From Clostridia bacterium (GTDB lineage Bacteria > Bacillota > Clostridia > TANB77 > UBA1234), in assembly GCA_017521465.1 (NCBI GenBank), contig JAFXCN010000001.1:4762-68761 (forward strand): a stretch of DNA of 64,000 nucleotides, written 5' to 3'. The notes below the pieces were generated by a model, which did not search any database, was not told the origin of the DNA, and saw only the letters and a program-made list of their open reading frames with translations. A program made the position numbers and the translations under genes. Positions 9,712 through 19,207 of the stretch are shown in pieces (within the stretch, counting starts at the first letter, position 1; every line of letters begins with the position of its first letter).

Positions 9712-11376
9712 TTATCTATAAAAACATCCATCGCCAATAAATTCTCTTATTATTGAATTGATTGGAATTTCTTTTGTCTCAATTGGTAAGAAATATCCTA
9801 AAAATTCATATAAACGTTTTGCTTCTGAATATTCTGGTGCAGAATTTGGAACTGCAGCAAGTACTGGTTCAATATATGATTTCAAAGCTGCAAGTTCATA
9901 TACAAGAGATGAATTAAACATTACATCAGCATCTTCTTGAAACGGAAATATGTATTTTTCTTCTCCATTTCTAACAGAAGGCCACATTTTAATTGTTGCT
10001 GTTGCTGGATGTGATCTATATTTACTGTCTCTTAACATTCTTCTTAACAGCCTCGAGTCTGTCGTAGATATTCTGTTGTAATCATCGATATTCAACACTG
10101 TTAGTGCGCTTATATAAATCTTAAATTTATTTTTTCTAGGAATTGCTTCTGTCATTCTTTCATTTAATCCATGAATTCCTTCGATTACTAGTACTTCATC
10201 ATCATTTAATTTAGCTGTATTTCCTAAATATTGTCTTGTTCCTGTATGGAAATCAAATGTAGGCAATTGAACTTCTTCACCGTTTAAAAGAGCTGATAAT
10301 TGTTCATTAAACAATTTCAAGTCTAATGCTTCTATACATTCAAAATCATAATTCCCGTTTTCATCTTTTGGATTATCTTCTCTATTTACGAAATAATTAT
10401 CCATTGATAAGGTTACAGCTTTAATTCCATTAACTTTTAATTGAATACCTAATCTTTGAGCAAATGTAGTCTTACCAGATGAAGAAGGTCCTGCAATTAA
10501 TATTATTTTCTTATCTTTGTCGGCAGCAATCATATCAGCAATGTTAGCTATTTTCTTTTCGTGAAGTGCCTCTGATATTCTAATGATGTCACCAATTCTA
10601 CCTTCTTTAATATGTTTATTTAATTCAGAAACATTTCCGACATCAAGTATTCTGTGCAATTTATCATATTCATCAAAAGTAGCATATAATTTTTTAGTAT
10701 CTTTTATCTTTTCAATTTGAGTTGGATTATATCTTCTTGGATATATTAATAAAATACCTTTTTCGTATTTTTGTACATCAAAGTATTTTAAATATTTTGT
10801 AGACAATGGCATTACACCATAAAAATAATTAAATGTATCACCACAATAATAAATAGAAACATGTGATTTCATTCTATTTTCTAGTAATCCAAGTTTATCT
10901 TGTCTATTTAAATCCCCATAAATTTGTTTTGCTTCTTCAATAGAAACTACTTTCTTCTCAAATGGTAAATTCATTTCCACAATTTCTGCCATTCTGGCTT
11001 TTATTGCTTCTATCATTTCTTCAGTAAGTTCAACGTCATTTGTTACTTCACAATATAAAGAATGCCCTAATGAATAATTCATCATCATTTTTACATCTGG
11101 ATATAACTCTTCCATTGCCTTTAAAAAAATAAATGTTAAACCTCTAACATATATTCTACTTCCATCAGATGTTTTATAGTCAATATATTCAACAGTACAA
11201 TTTTCATTTAATTTAAAATCTAAAGCTTTAACTTCATTATGTACTTTACATGCTAATAATTCATCAACATTTAGTTTTAAAACAATTCTTGCAAATTCTA
11301 GCGCCGTTGTATTTTCTTCTAATTCATATTTATTTTCATTATATTTAACTTCAATCATACTAACTAATCCCTCCAT
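9712..11376 (-). CDS. nucleoside/uridine kinase family protein with ThrRS-like N-terminal domain
   Basis: 554 aa; P-loop ILIAGPSSSGKTT typical of uridine kinase/PRK family. Confidence 0.65.
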   Translation of the reverse strand: MEGLVSMIEVKYNENKYELEENTTALEFARIVLKLNVDELLACKVHNEVKALDFKLNENCTVEYIDYKTSDGSRIYVRGLTFIFLKAMEELYPDVKMMMNYSLGHSLYCEVTNDVELTEEMIEAIKARMAEIVEMNLPFEKKVVSIEEAKQIYGDLNRQDKLGLLENRMKSHVSIYYCGDTFNYFYGVMPLSTKYLKYFDVQKYEKGILLIYPRRYNPTQIEKIKDTKKLYATFDEYDKLHRILDVGNVSELNKHIKEGRIGDIIRISEALHEKKIANIADMIAADKDKKIILIAGPSSSGKTTFAQRLGIQLKVNGIKAVTLSMDNYFVNREDNPKDENGNYDFECIEALDLKLFNEQLSALLNGEEVQLPTFDFHTGTRQYLGNTAKLNDDEVLVIEGIHGLNERMTEAIPRKNKFKIYISALTVLNIDDYNRISTTDSRLLRRMLRDSKYRSHPATATIKMWPSVRNGEEKYIFPFQEDADVMFNSSLVYELAALKSYIEPVLAAVPNSAPEYSEAKRLYEFLGYFLPIETKEIPINSIIREFIGDGCFYR

Positions 11377-11403
11377 ATCTATATTTTATAATTATGCACG
11401 TTT

Positions 11404-12789
11404 TTAGTCAATTATTTCTCCTTTTAAATACCAAATATGTTGAGAGACTATCTTTACATTTATTTCTTTTCCTATCAAATTTTTATCTCCAACAAAATTT
11501 ACTACTTTATTCGAAGATGTTCTTCCGGTTAGAACATCTTTATTTGTCTTACTTTCGCCTTCAACAAGCACTTTTTGAATAGTATCAATATATTTATAAT
11601 TTTCTTCTTCAGTTATTCTATCAGCAAGTTCTTTCAAACGGTTAAATCGTCTAGATTTAATCTCTTCTGGAATATGACCTTCCATTTTTTCAGCTCTTGT
11701 CCCTTTTCTAACAGAATATATAAACATGAATACTTGCTCAAAACATACTTTTCTAACTATATCTAATGTGTCTTCAAAATCTTCCTCTGTTTCTCCTGGA
11801 AAGCCTACAATTATATCTGTCGTAAATGTTACATTTGGAACTTTATTTCTAATTTTATCTACAAGCTCTAAATATTGTTCTTTTGAATATCCTCTATTCA
11901 TAGCCTTTAATACTGCTGTGCTACCAGATTGTAAAGGTAAGTGTATAACTTTAGATACACTTTTTGACTCTGCTATAGCTTCTATAACATCATCTTTAAA
12001 ATCTTTAGGATGAGGTGACATGAATCTTACGATATCAATACCTTCAATCTTATCTATATCTCTTAATAAATTTGCAAAATTGTAATTTTCTCCACCTTTA
12101 TATGAATTAACATTTTGCCCAAGTAACATTACTTCTTTATAACCATTGTTAGCTAATTCTTTAATTTCATTTATAATATCTTCTGGTTTTCTACTTCTTT
12201 CTCTTCCACGTGTGTATGGAACTATACAATATGAGCAGAAATTGTTACAACCGTTCATAATAGTAACGCACGCGCTTTTATCTCCAACACGTTTGATAGG
12301 AAGTCCTTCAAAAATTTCTCCATCTATATCCCAAACGTCAAATACTCTTTTGGTTTTAACAATTTTTTCATGTAGCATTTCAGGAAATTTATAAAGATTG
12401 TGTGTTCCAAAAATAACATCAACATATGGATAACTTTTCTTAATTTTTTCAATTACATGTTTTTCTTGACTCATACAACCAGCAAAACAAATAATCATAT
12501 TATTCTTTTCTTTGATATTTTTTAGCTCTCCTAATTTCCCAAATACTTTTTCTTCTGCATTTTCTCTTATACAACATGTGTTAAAAACTACAAGATTAGC
12601 ATCTTCTGGTGAATTAGTTTCTTCATATCCTATTTGCGATAACATTCCAGAAATTTTTTCCGAATCATTTTCATTTAATTTACAACCCATTGTGTTTATA
12701 TAATACTTTCTTTGGATATCAAGTTCTTTAATTTTTTTCATATATTCATATTGGTTTTCTATTTCTTCTGATGATACTGTTTTTATCAT
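11404..12789 (-). CDS. miaB: tRNA-i6A37 methylthiotransferase MiaB (radical SAM)
   Basis: CNNFCSYCIVP radical-SAM cysteine triad, N-terminal MTTase and C-terminal TRAM domains; start moved to ATG 12789 after the AAAGGAG RBS. Confidence 0.85.
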   Translation of the reverse strand: MIKTVSSEEIENQYEYMKKIKELDIQRKYYINTMGCKLNENDSEKISGMLSQIGYEETNSPEDANLVVFNTCCIRENAEEKVFGKLGELKNIKEKNNMIICFAGCMSQEKHVIEKIKKSYPYVDVIFGTHNLYKFPEMLHEKIVKTKRVFDVWDIDGEIFEGLPIKRVGDKSACVTIMNGCNNFCSYCIVPYTRGRERSRKPEDIINEIKELANNGYKEVMLLGQNVNSYKGGENYNFANLLRDIDKIEGIDIVRFMSPHPKDFKDDVIEAIAESKSVSKVIHLPLQSGSTAVLKAMNRGYSKEQYLELVDKIRNKVPNVTFTTDIIVGFPGETEEDFEDTLDIVRKVCFEQVFMFIYSVRKGTRAEKMEGHIPEEIKSRRFNRLKELADRITEEENYKYIDTIQKVLVEGESKTNKDVLTGRTSSNKVVNFVGDKNLIGKEINVKIVSQHIWYLKGEIID

Positions 12790-12882
12790 ATAGTCCGCTC
12801 CTTTATACAAAAAAGTACAAAGCAATATACTTTGTACTTTTTTCTTATCTTATAAAAATTTTTCCAAAGAATACATTATCTA

Positions 12883-13341
12883 TTATTCTTCTTCATCTTC
12901 GCAATCGCAATCTTCACAGCCACAATCACAATCATCATCGCAATCATGACAGTCGTCACATCCACATCCGCATCCTTCGTGTTCACCATCAAGCATTAAT
13001 TCTAATTCTATAACATTATGACAATGTGGGCATTCAAAATCAGTGCTTTCATCATCTGGGAATCTTAAAGGAATAAGTTCTTTACAATATGGACATTCAG
13101 CTTGTAAATCATCTGCAAAGCTTTCGATCATTTCATCTTCGATAGAAGATAACATGTCTAATATTTCTTCAACTCTTGATTCAACTTCAACTTGACGTTC
13201 TGTAAGTTTCACAACATGTTCTGTGAAAACATTAATCATATTTTGTACTGCATCCATAACAATAGCCTTCTCCTTTGCATCAGTAATAGTTTCATTTATT
13301 TTTTGTACTTCTGCTGTTAATTTTTCTTTAATATCTGACAT
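12883..13341 (-). CDS. hypothetical protein with coiled-coil N-terminus, CxxC pairs and a Cys/Asp/Glu-only C-terminal tail
   Basis: 152 aa; ...CPYCKE...CPHCHN...GCGCGCDDCHDCDDDCDCGCEDCDCEDEEE. Confidence 0.6.
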   Translation of the reverse strand: MSDIKEKLTAEVQKINETITDAKEKAIVMDAVQNMINVFTEHVVKLTERQVEVESRVEEILDMLSSIEDEMIESFADDLQAECPYCKELIPLRFPDDESTDFECPHCHNVIELELMLDGEHEGCGCGCDDCHDCDDDCDCGCEDCDCEDEEE

Positions 13342-13350
13342 AGCAGCCTC

Positions 13351-13908
13351 CTATACTCTTTCCATATATTCTCCAGTACGAGTATCAATACGAATTTTGT
13401 TACCAATTTCTACGAATAAAGGAACGTTAACAACATATCCTGTTTCTAATGTTGCTGGCTTACTTGCTCCTGTAGATGTATCTCCTTTGAATCCTGGTTC
13501 TGTATATGTAACTTCTAATTCAACAAACATTGGAGGTTCAACACCAAATACTTTACCCTTGTATGATAATACTTTGATAACCATATTATCTAATAAGTAA
13601 TTTAATGTATCTCCTAAATCTTCTTTGCTTAATGGTAATTGTTCAAATGTTTCATTATCCATGAAATAATATGTTTCACCATCATTGTATAAATATTGCA
13701 TATCTTTTCTATCAATTTGAGTTTCTTGAACTTTTTCAGTTGGATTAAATGTTTTTTCTAAAACAGCTCCTGTAATAACATTTTTTAATTTTGTTCTAAC
13801 GAAAGCAGCTCCCTTTCCTGGTTTAACGTGTTGGAACTCAACTACTTTATATACTTGACTGTCTAATTCAAATATAACTCCATTTCTAAAATCTCCTGCA
13901 GTAATCAT
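13351..13908 (-). CDS. efp: elongation factor P
   Basis: 185 aa; N-terminal KOW-like with [15 protein letters not shown] signature. Confidence 0.9.
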   Translation of the reverse strand: MITAGDFRNGVIFELDSQVYKVVEFQHVKPGKGAAFVRTKLKNVITGAVLEKTFNPTEKVQETQIDRKDMQYLYNDGETYYFMDNETFEQLPLSKEDLGDTLNYLLDNMVIKVLSYKGKVFGVEPPMFVELEVTYTEPGFKGDTSTGASKPATLETGYVVNVPLFVEIGNKIRIDTRTGEYMERV

Positions 13909-13985
13909 TATTTAAAACCCCTTCCTATTTCTCATATATCACTTCTCGTATTTTATATCATATTATGTAATTTTTCAAGTCTTTT

Positions 13986-15302
13986 TTACCAGTTCATCTT
14001 ATTTAATTTATCTACAAACTCAGAATTTGTTCTAGTAGACATAATTAATTTGACCAAAGTATCTACAACAGCTGTAGAGTTCATATCGCTGAAAGCCTTT
14101 CTGATCTTAGAAACGACCTCATATTCCTTGTTATCTAAAAGCAAATCTTCTCTTCTAGTTCCAGATTTATTTAGGTCTATAGCTGGGAATATTCTCTTTT
14201 CTGAAAGCTTTCTATCTAGGTATAATTCCATATTGCCTGTACCTTTGAATTCTTCAAATATAACTTCGTCCATTCTACTTCCAGTTTCTACCAAAGCAGT
14301 TGCAAGTATTGTAATACTTCCACCTTCTTCAATATTTCTAGCTGCACCAAAGAATCTCTTTGGTTTGTGAAGTGCCGCTGGATCAAATCCTCCAGACAAA
14401 GTTCTTCCAGACGATGGAATTGTTAAGTTATATGCTCGCGCAAGCCTTGTTATGCTATCTAAAAGTATAACTACATCCTTTTTGTGTTCTGCGAGCCTTT
14501 TAGCTCTTTCTAATACAATTTCAGCAACTTTTGTATGATGTTCTGGCATCTCGTCAAATGTAGAATAAATTACATCTCCTTTTATAGAACGTTTCATATC
14601 TGTTACTTCTTCAGGTCTTTCATCTATTAATAGTACAATCAACTCTACGTCTGGATTATTATCCGTAATACTATTAGCAAGCTTTTTAAGCATAGTTGTC
14701 TTACCAACTTTAGGTGCCGCTACAATCATTCCTCTTTGACCAAAACCTATTGGAGCTATCAAATCAACTAATCTCATTGAATAATCGTTTGCTACTGATT
14801 CCATATGAATTCGTCTATTTGGGAAAATTGGTGTTAAATCATCAAAATTTGTTCTTTTTATAGCAACATCTGGAGAATCTCCATTAACCGTATTTACATA
14901 TATTAGCGCTGGGAATTTTTCGCCTTCGCGCGGTGTTCTACCTATTCCTTTAAGCTTATCACCTGTATCCAATTTAAATCTTCTAATTTGTACTGGTGAA
15001 ACATAAATATCTTTAGGTGTAGATAGATAATTTTCTCCTCTTAAAAAGCCATATCCGTCTGGCAATACTTCCAAAACACCTTCTACTAAGAAATCGTCTT
15101 TATTGTTTGGCACTAAATCTGCTTCTACCTGTGTATTTTTCAACATATTTCCAGAATTAGCCTCACTAGCATTAGCTTCTTTGCACGCCTCCAAAATAGC
15201 ATCAATAATCTCATTTTTAGTCATTTTGGAAGACAATTTTATATCTTTTTGTTTCGCCAATTCTTTCAGTTCAATAACTGATAATTGTTTTAATTCTTCC
15301 AA
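13986..15302 (-). CDS. rho: transcription termination factor Rho
   Basis: 438 aa; N-terminal RNA-binding domain, RecA-like ATPase with Walker A (PKVGKTT). Confidence 0.9.
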   Translation of the reverse strand: MEELKQLSVIELKELAKQKDIKLSSKMTKNEIIDAILEACKEANASEANSGNMLKNTQVEADLVPNNKDDFLVEGVLEVLPDGYGFLRGENYLSTPKDIYVSPVQIRRFKLDTGDKLKGIGRTPREGEKFPALIYVNTVNGDSPDVAIKRTNFDDLTPIFPNRRIHMESVANDYSMRLVDLIAPIGFGQRGMIVAAPKVGKTTMLKKLANSITDNNPDVELIVLLIDERPEEVTDMKRSIKGDVIYSTFDEMPEHHTKVAEIVLERAKRLAEHKKDVVILLDSITRLARAYNLTIPSSGRTLSGGFDPAALHKPKRFFGAARNIEEGGSITILATALVETGSRMDEVIFEEFKGTGNMELYLDRKLSEKRIFPAIDLNKSGTRREDLLLDNKEYEVVSKIRKAFSDMNSTAVVDTLVKLIMSTRTNSEFVDKLNKMNW

Positions 15303-15391
15303 TATTCTATTCTCCTTTACTTGAAAATTTTAAGAATTTTTTTGATTTTTAGAAACAAATTTCAGGGGCAAAAGCCCCTGAAAAACTTGAA

Positions 15392-15793
15392 TTAACGTCT
15401 TTTTGAATAACCTCTTTTTGATTCCATACTACGTTTTAAATCTAATTGTCTTTCATCACTATCTTTTAAAAACTTAGAAAGCATATCATCCAGTGTTTGT
15501 GGACCTTCTTCCACTTTCTTTTCTCTAACATTATTATTTCTATTTCTCTTGTCTTCTCTAGGCAATGCTTTTTTTATTGAAAGTGCAATTTTACCACTAT
15601 CATCCATTGATAAAATTTTTACCTTAACAGTATCGCCTTTTTTTACTACTTGATTGATATCTTCAACATATTCATTCGAAACTTCTGATATATGCACTAA
15701 CCCGCTTTTTCCGTCCTCAAGTTTTACAAAAACTCCATATTGCATAATATCAGTAATCTTTCCTTCTACGATTTCGCCCACACTAACTGGCAT
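15392..15793 (-). CDS. yabR: S1 RNA-binding domain protein (YabR-like)
   Basis: 133 aa; S1 fold (GEIVEGKITDIMQYGVFVKL); sits downstream of yabP-yabQ-divIC as in Bacillus. Confidence 0.75.
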   Translation of the reverse strand: MPVSVGEIVEGKITDIMQYGVFVKLEDGKSGLVHISEVSNEYVEDINQVVKKGDTVKVKILSMDDSGKIALSIKKALPREDKRNRNNNVREKKVEEGPQTLDDMLSKFLKDSDERQLDLKRSMESKRGYSKRR

Positions 15794-15836
15794 AAAATAA
15801 ACTTCCTCCTTTAGTTTTTCACACGATTACGCAGTA

Positions 15837-15865
15837 ATTTTACAACATTTTTACAAAATAGTCAA
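15837..15865 (-). promoter_or_regulatory. sigma-A type promoter for yabR (TTGACT -17- TAAAAT)
   Basis: Minus-strand TTGACT (15860-15865) and TAAAAT (15837-15842), 17-nt spacer, about 40 nt upstream of RBS AAAGGAGG. Confidence 0.55.
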
Positions 15866-15880
15866 TCAAAATCGATATTT

Positions 15881-15930
15881 TGTAGCACCTGAAAAAGCCA
15901 CATGAAATATCGATTTTTTCTCACCACAAA
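15881..15930. repeat. dispersed element TGTAGCACCTGAAAAAG(C/A)GACATG..., copy A, flanked by inverted AAATCGATATTT arms
   Basis: About 80 % identical over about 50 bp to 51838-51884. Confidence 0.6.
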
Positions 15931-15952
15931 TTTGCAACTTTTACCGTTTTTT

Positions 15953-16015
15953 GCCCAGGCCGTCCGTCTCACATCTACGATATGAAGCCGTAGCTTCGCC
16001 TTTTCTCCCTGGCCA
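15953..16015. repeat. GC-rich hairpin module (GCCCAGG...TCACATCTACGATGTGA...CCCTGGC), copy A
   Basis: About 90 % identical to 29918-29979; internal palindrome TCACATC/GATGTGA; GC-rich in an AT-rich context. Confidence 0.7.
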
Positions 16016-16025
16016 GAAAACTATA

Positions 16026-16057
16026 CAAAAAATCTCGACACATTATAAATGTCGAGA
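16026..16057 (-). terminator. rho-independent terminator of divIC
   Basis: TCTCGACA...TGTCGAGA stem followed by a T-run on the minus strand. Confidence 0.65.
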
Positions 16058-16336
16058 TTATATATTAGCATTAACAAATATAATTTCACTTGGCAAAACC
16101 AAGCCTAATTTTTCTCTAGCAACTTCTTCTATATATTTATCTGAAGAAATGCTACTTTTAGTTATATTCAATTGTTCATTTTTCAATTCTTCTTCTTCAA
16201 TCAATCTTGCATATGTTTCAATTTCTTGTTTATATTCAACAAATTGCATTTCTTGTTTCACAATAACAAAACAAGCATACATCAAAGCAAAAGTAATCAA
16301 AAAAGTAGTAAATAATCTTTTGATATTCTTATTCAT
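16058..16336 (-). CDS. divIC: septum formation initiator family protein (DivIC/FtsB-like)
   Basis: 92 aa; N-terminal TM helix then coiled coil; position after yabQ. Confidence 0.7.
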   Translation of the reverse strand: MNKNIKRLFTTFLITFALMYACFVIVKQEMQFVEYKQEIETYARLIEEEELKNEQLNITKSSISSDKYIEEVAREKLGLVLPSEIIFVNANI

Positions 16337-16419
16337 ATGAACATTCCCCTAATTCATTTTTATCTTTCGTACCAATCTACATATATAATTCTACATTTTC
16401 ATATAAAAATCCTGCCTTA

Positions 16420-16800
16420 TTATGCATTTTTATTATTTTTTTCTAATTTTCTCGCTATTTTTTCAAAAGGCAACATTAAATATCCAAAAATTTTCTCGAT
16501 AAAGTCAAAAACAATACCAAATAAGAGTTTTATATATTTACTGAAAACTAGCATATATATTATTGCACCTAATATATATCCTAACAGCATATATCCTCTT
16601 AACTCACCATTATTGATTATAAAACTACTAACAATAATTATTATTGCGATTATTAACCAAAAAATTATATCTTGTATATATACTAATATGTTTTTAGTAT
16701 TTCCTTTTCGTCTTAACGCTCTAAAAAAATCAAATATAACTCCCATTATTGCACCAATTACTACACTAGTAAAAAAAATATATACTTGCTCTGCCATCAT
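16420..16800 (-). CDS. yabQ: spore cortex biosynthesis protein YabQ
   Basis: 126 aa; multi-TM; conserved position after yabP. Confidence 0.7.
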   Translation of the reverse strand: MMAEQVYIFFTSVVIGAIMGVIFDFFRALRRKGNTKNILVYIQDIIFWLIIAIIIIVSSFIINNGELRGYMLLGYILGAIIYMLVFSKYIKLLFGIVFDFIEKIFGYLMLPFEKIARKLEKNNKNA

Positions 16801-16812
16801 ATATTATCACTC

Positions 16813-17097
16813 CTATTTAAATATCCTTGTAATAAATCCCTCCGAACGATTAGTTGGCTTATCATCATAAATTATAGAATTAATATCGCCGTTTACACTA
16901 AGATCTGTATTATCTAAATTAAACTTATTTAATTTGAGATTAGAACCTTTTATTATAAGTATTCCTAACTCTGTTTCTAATGTTATAAGTTGTTCATCAA
17001 AATTCAGCACATCAATAACACCTGAAACATTTAGAAGTGTTCTATTTTCAAGAACAACATTTTGCATATTTGTAACTCTCTTTTCATCAACTGGCAT
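16813..17097 (-). CDS. yabP: sporulation protein YabP
   Basis: YabP family signature; start set to ATG 17097 (MPVDEKR...) after the AAAGGAGG RBS instead of the ORF-track start 17136. Confidence 0.75.
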   Translation of the reverse strand: MPVDEKRVTNMQNVVLENRTLLNVSGVIDVLNFDEQLITLETELGILIIKGSNLKLNKFNLDNTDLSVNGDINSIIYDDKPTNRSEGFITRIFK

Positions 17098-17137
17098 AAT
17101 CGCTTCCTCCTTTGTTAGTATATGTATATGCACCAAG

Positions 17138-17298
17138 GCGAAAAAATAGAACTATTTTTTCGCCTTGTACTATTCACTTTTCACTTTTCACTATAAATTT
17201 CAATATAACGCAGTTCGTTTTCCCAGGGCGCCGCTGCGCGGACAAAACCATTTTTTCGCCCTGTACTATTCACTTTTCACTATTCGTTATTCACTAAA
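17138..17298. repeat. composite intergenic repeat: hairpin, TATTCACT clusters (x2, direct) and TAACGCAGTTCG box with GC-rich hairpin
   Basis: GGCGAAAAAATA...TATTTTTTCGCC hairpin; TTTTTTCGCCYTGTACTATTCACTTTTCACT duplicated at 17155-17190 and 17245-17280; CAGGGCG...CGCCCTG stem. Confidence 0.7.
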
Positions 17299-17329
17299 AA
17301 GAAGTAGTGTTTCCACTACTTCTTTTTTA
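17299..17329. terminator. bidirectional terminator overlapping the stop of the membrane-protein gene
   Basis: AGAAGTAGTG-TTTC-CACTACTTCT with T-runs on both strands. Confidence 0.6.
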
Positions 17330-18035
17330 TTAACAACTTCTCAACCCATCCTTTTTTATATTTCAGCGATACATATCCTATGGTACACATGATGAATGCG
17401 CCAGCCGAATCGACTATTAAATCATGCATAGTATCAACAACCGCATTTCTTCCCACAAGCGCTTCACCCGATTCTAGCAGAAATTTTTGCATGTTTAGTC
17501 CCAACAATCCATCAAAAACATATTCGTACACTTCCCATACTACACCTAATGTAATTGCAAAACAAAAGGCAAAAAATGCTACAAAAAGTGGTGTTAAATG
17601 CAAATGTAAATTTTCTATATTGTTTAATAGTGATACAAAAGAAAAGCCTAATGCTCCTATCATACCTCCGCTAAAAGCATGCAATATTACATCCCAGTAT
17701 GGTACTACATGATAAAAGTTTCTAACTTCTCCTAAAAATATTGCTGCGTACAAAAACACTAAATAAAGAATATACATTGCTGTAGGAATTTTTATATTAT
17801 ATTTTCGCGTCAAAAAGGTAGGAAGCACTAGCGCAAATGCACCAAGTAAACATTGAATCAACATCAATATATAATCAGAACGTGTTCTTTCAACATCGCC
17901 AAAAGCACTTCCTTCTGCTGGTTCTACTACAATACGAAAAATCAAAAATATAATTGGAACCACAAAACTAATTAATACCCATGTAGAAAATATTCTTTCA
18001 AATTTTTCTTTTTTCACTTCATTCATATTCATCAC
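17316..18035 (-). CDS. hypothetical polytopic membrane protein
   Basis: 239 aa; about 6 TM segments. Confidence 0.5.
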   Translation of the reverse strand: MMNMNEVKKEKFERIFSTWVLISFVVPIIFLIFRIVVEPAEGSAFGDVERTRSDYILMLIQCLLGAFALVLPTFLTRKYNIKIPTAMYILYLVFLYAAIFLGEVRNFYHVVPYWDVILHAFSGGMIGALGFSFVSLLNNIENLHLHLTPLFVAFFAFCFAITLGVVWEVYEYVFDGLLGLNMQKFLLESGEALVGRNAVVDTMHDLIVDSAGAFIMCTIGYVSLKYKKGWVEKLLIKKK

Positions 18036-18083
18036 TTCTCCTATAGAGTATAGTATGCCAAAACAGAAAAGTTTTCAAGTTTA

Positions 18084-18782
18084 TTATGATACCGTTTTCA
18101 TTTTATCTAGCGCTCGCTTCTCTATCCTTGAAATTTGAACTTGTGATACTCCTATAATTTTTGATATTTCCGTTTGTGTTTTTTCTTTAAAATATCTATA
18201 TATAATTATTTTCTTTTCATTTTCATCTAATACATTCATCATATTTTTTATAGTTAATTTATCGACAACATTATCATATTCATTTTTATTAGCTAAAATT
18301 TTATCAGCAACAGTCGTTTCATCATCATCATATATTTGTCTATCTAATGATTCTATATATTCTTGAGATTCAAGTGATAAAACAATTTCTTCTTTACTTA
18401 CTTCTAATAATTCACTCAACTCTTGAATTGACAATTGCTCTTTCCCGTTTTTTACGTTTTCACTTTGAAGAAGCTCTATTTTGTATGCTAATTCTTTTAA
18501 ACTTCTACTTACTTTTATAGGTCCATCATCTCTTATAAATCTTCTTATTTCGCCTATAATCATCGGCACTGCATATGTCGATAGTTGTGTCTCAAACTCA
18601 CTATCAAATCTTCTAATTGCTTTCACTAAGCCAATACAACCTATTTGAAATAAATCTTCTTTTTCGTAACCTCTATTATTAAATCTCTTTACTACATTCC
18701 ATACTAATCCTACATTACTTTGTATTAATGTTGACATGGCTTCTTTGCTTCCATTTTGAGCTTGCCATATCAACTTATTCAT
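18084..18782 (-). CDS. sigF: sporulation sigma factor SigF
   Basis: 232 aa; sigma-70 regions 2-4; third gene of the spoIIAA-spoIIAB-sigF arrangement. Confidence 0.8.
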   Translation of the reverse strand: MNKLIWQAQNGSKEAMSTLIQSNVGLVWNVVKRFNNRGYEKEDLFQIGCIGLVKAIRRFDSEFETQLSTYAVPMIIGEIRRFIRDDGPIKVSRSLKELAYKIELLQSENVKNGKEQLSIQELSELLEVSKEEIVLSLESQEYIESLDRQIYDDDETTVADKILANKNEYDNVVDKLTIKNMMNVLDENEKKIIIYRYFKEKTQTEISKIIGVSQVQISRIEKRALDKMKTVS

Positions 18783-19207
18783 TTTGCCTCCTTAATAACT
18801 TTCTCCATATGTATTTTAGTTCCCATGCCTACTATTGATTCTACAGTTAATTTATCCATAAAGCTTTCCATTATTGTAAATCCCATTCCAGATCTATCAG
18901 CATCAGGTTTAGAAGTATAAAGTGTTTGTTTTGCCATTTCTATATTTTCAATTCCTTTTCCATAATCAATTATATCTATGTATATACTATCTTCAGTTAA
19001 CTGACATTTAAGTTCTATGTTGCCCTCCTTCATATCATATGCGTGAATAATACAATTGGTTATTGCTTCAGATACTGCTGTCTTTATGTCTGCAATCTGT
19101 TCTATCGTTGGATCTAATTGCGAAGCAAAAGCTGCAACAACTACTCTTGCAAAAGCCTCATTATTTGATTTACTTTTTATTTCTAATTTCATCTCATTTA
19201 TAATCAT
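18779..19207 (-). CDS. spoIIAB: anti-sigma F factor SpoIIAB (GHKL-type serine kinase)
   Basis: 142 aa; HATPase_c motifs (ITNCIIHAY, DYGKGIEN, GMGFTIM). Confidence 0.85.
   Translation of the reverse strand: MIINEMKLEIKSKSNNEAFARVVVAAFASQLDPTIEQIADIKTAVSEAITNCIIHAYDMKEGNIELKCQLTEDSIYIDIIDYGKGIENIEMAKQTLYTSKPDADRSGMGFTIMESFMDKLTVESIVGMGTKIHMEKVIKEAK

Noticed and set aside
15303-15391. Strong terminator between rho and yabR
   Set aside because: The hairpin CAGGGGCAAAAGCCCCTG is present but lacks a proper T-tract on either strand, so it was not listed as a confident terminator.
17112-17392. Plus-strand ORFs of 61 and 75 aa between yabP and the membrane-protein gene
   Set aside because: They are translations of the TATTCACT and GC-hairpin repeat element and a terminator hairpin. 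They contain repetitive FSLFTI-type peptides identical to artefact ORFs at other repeat copies.
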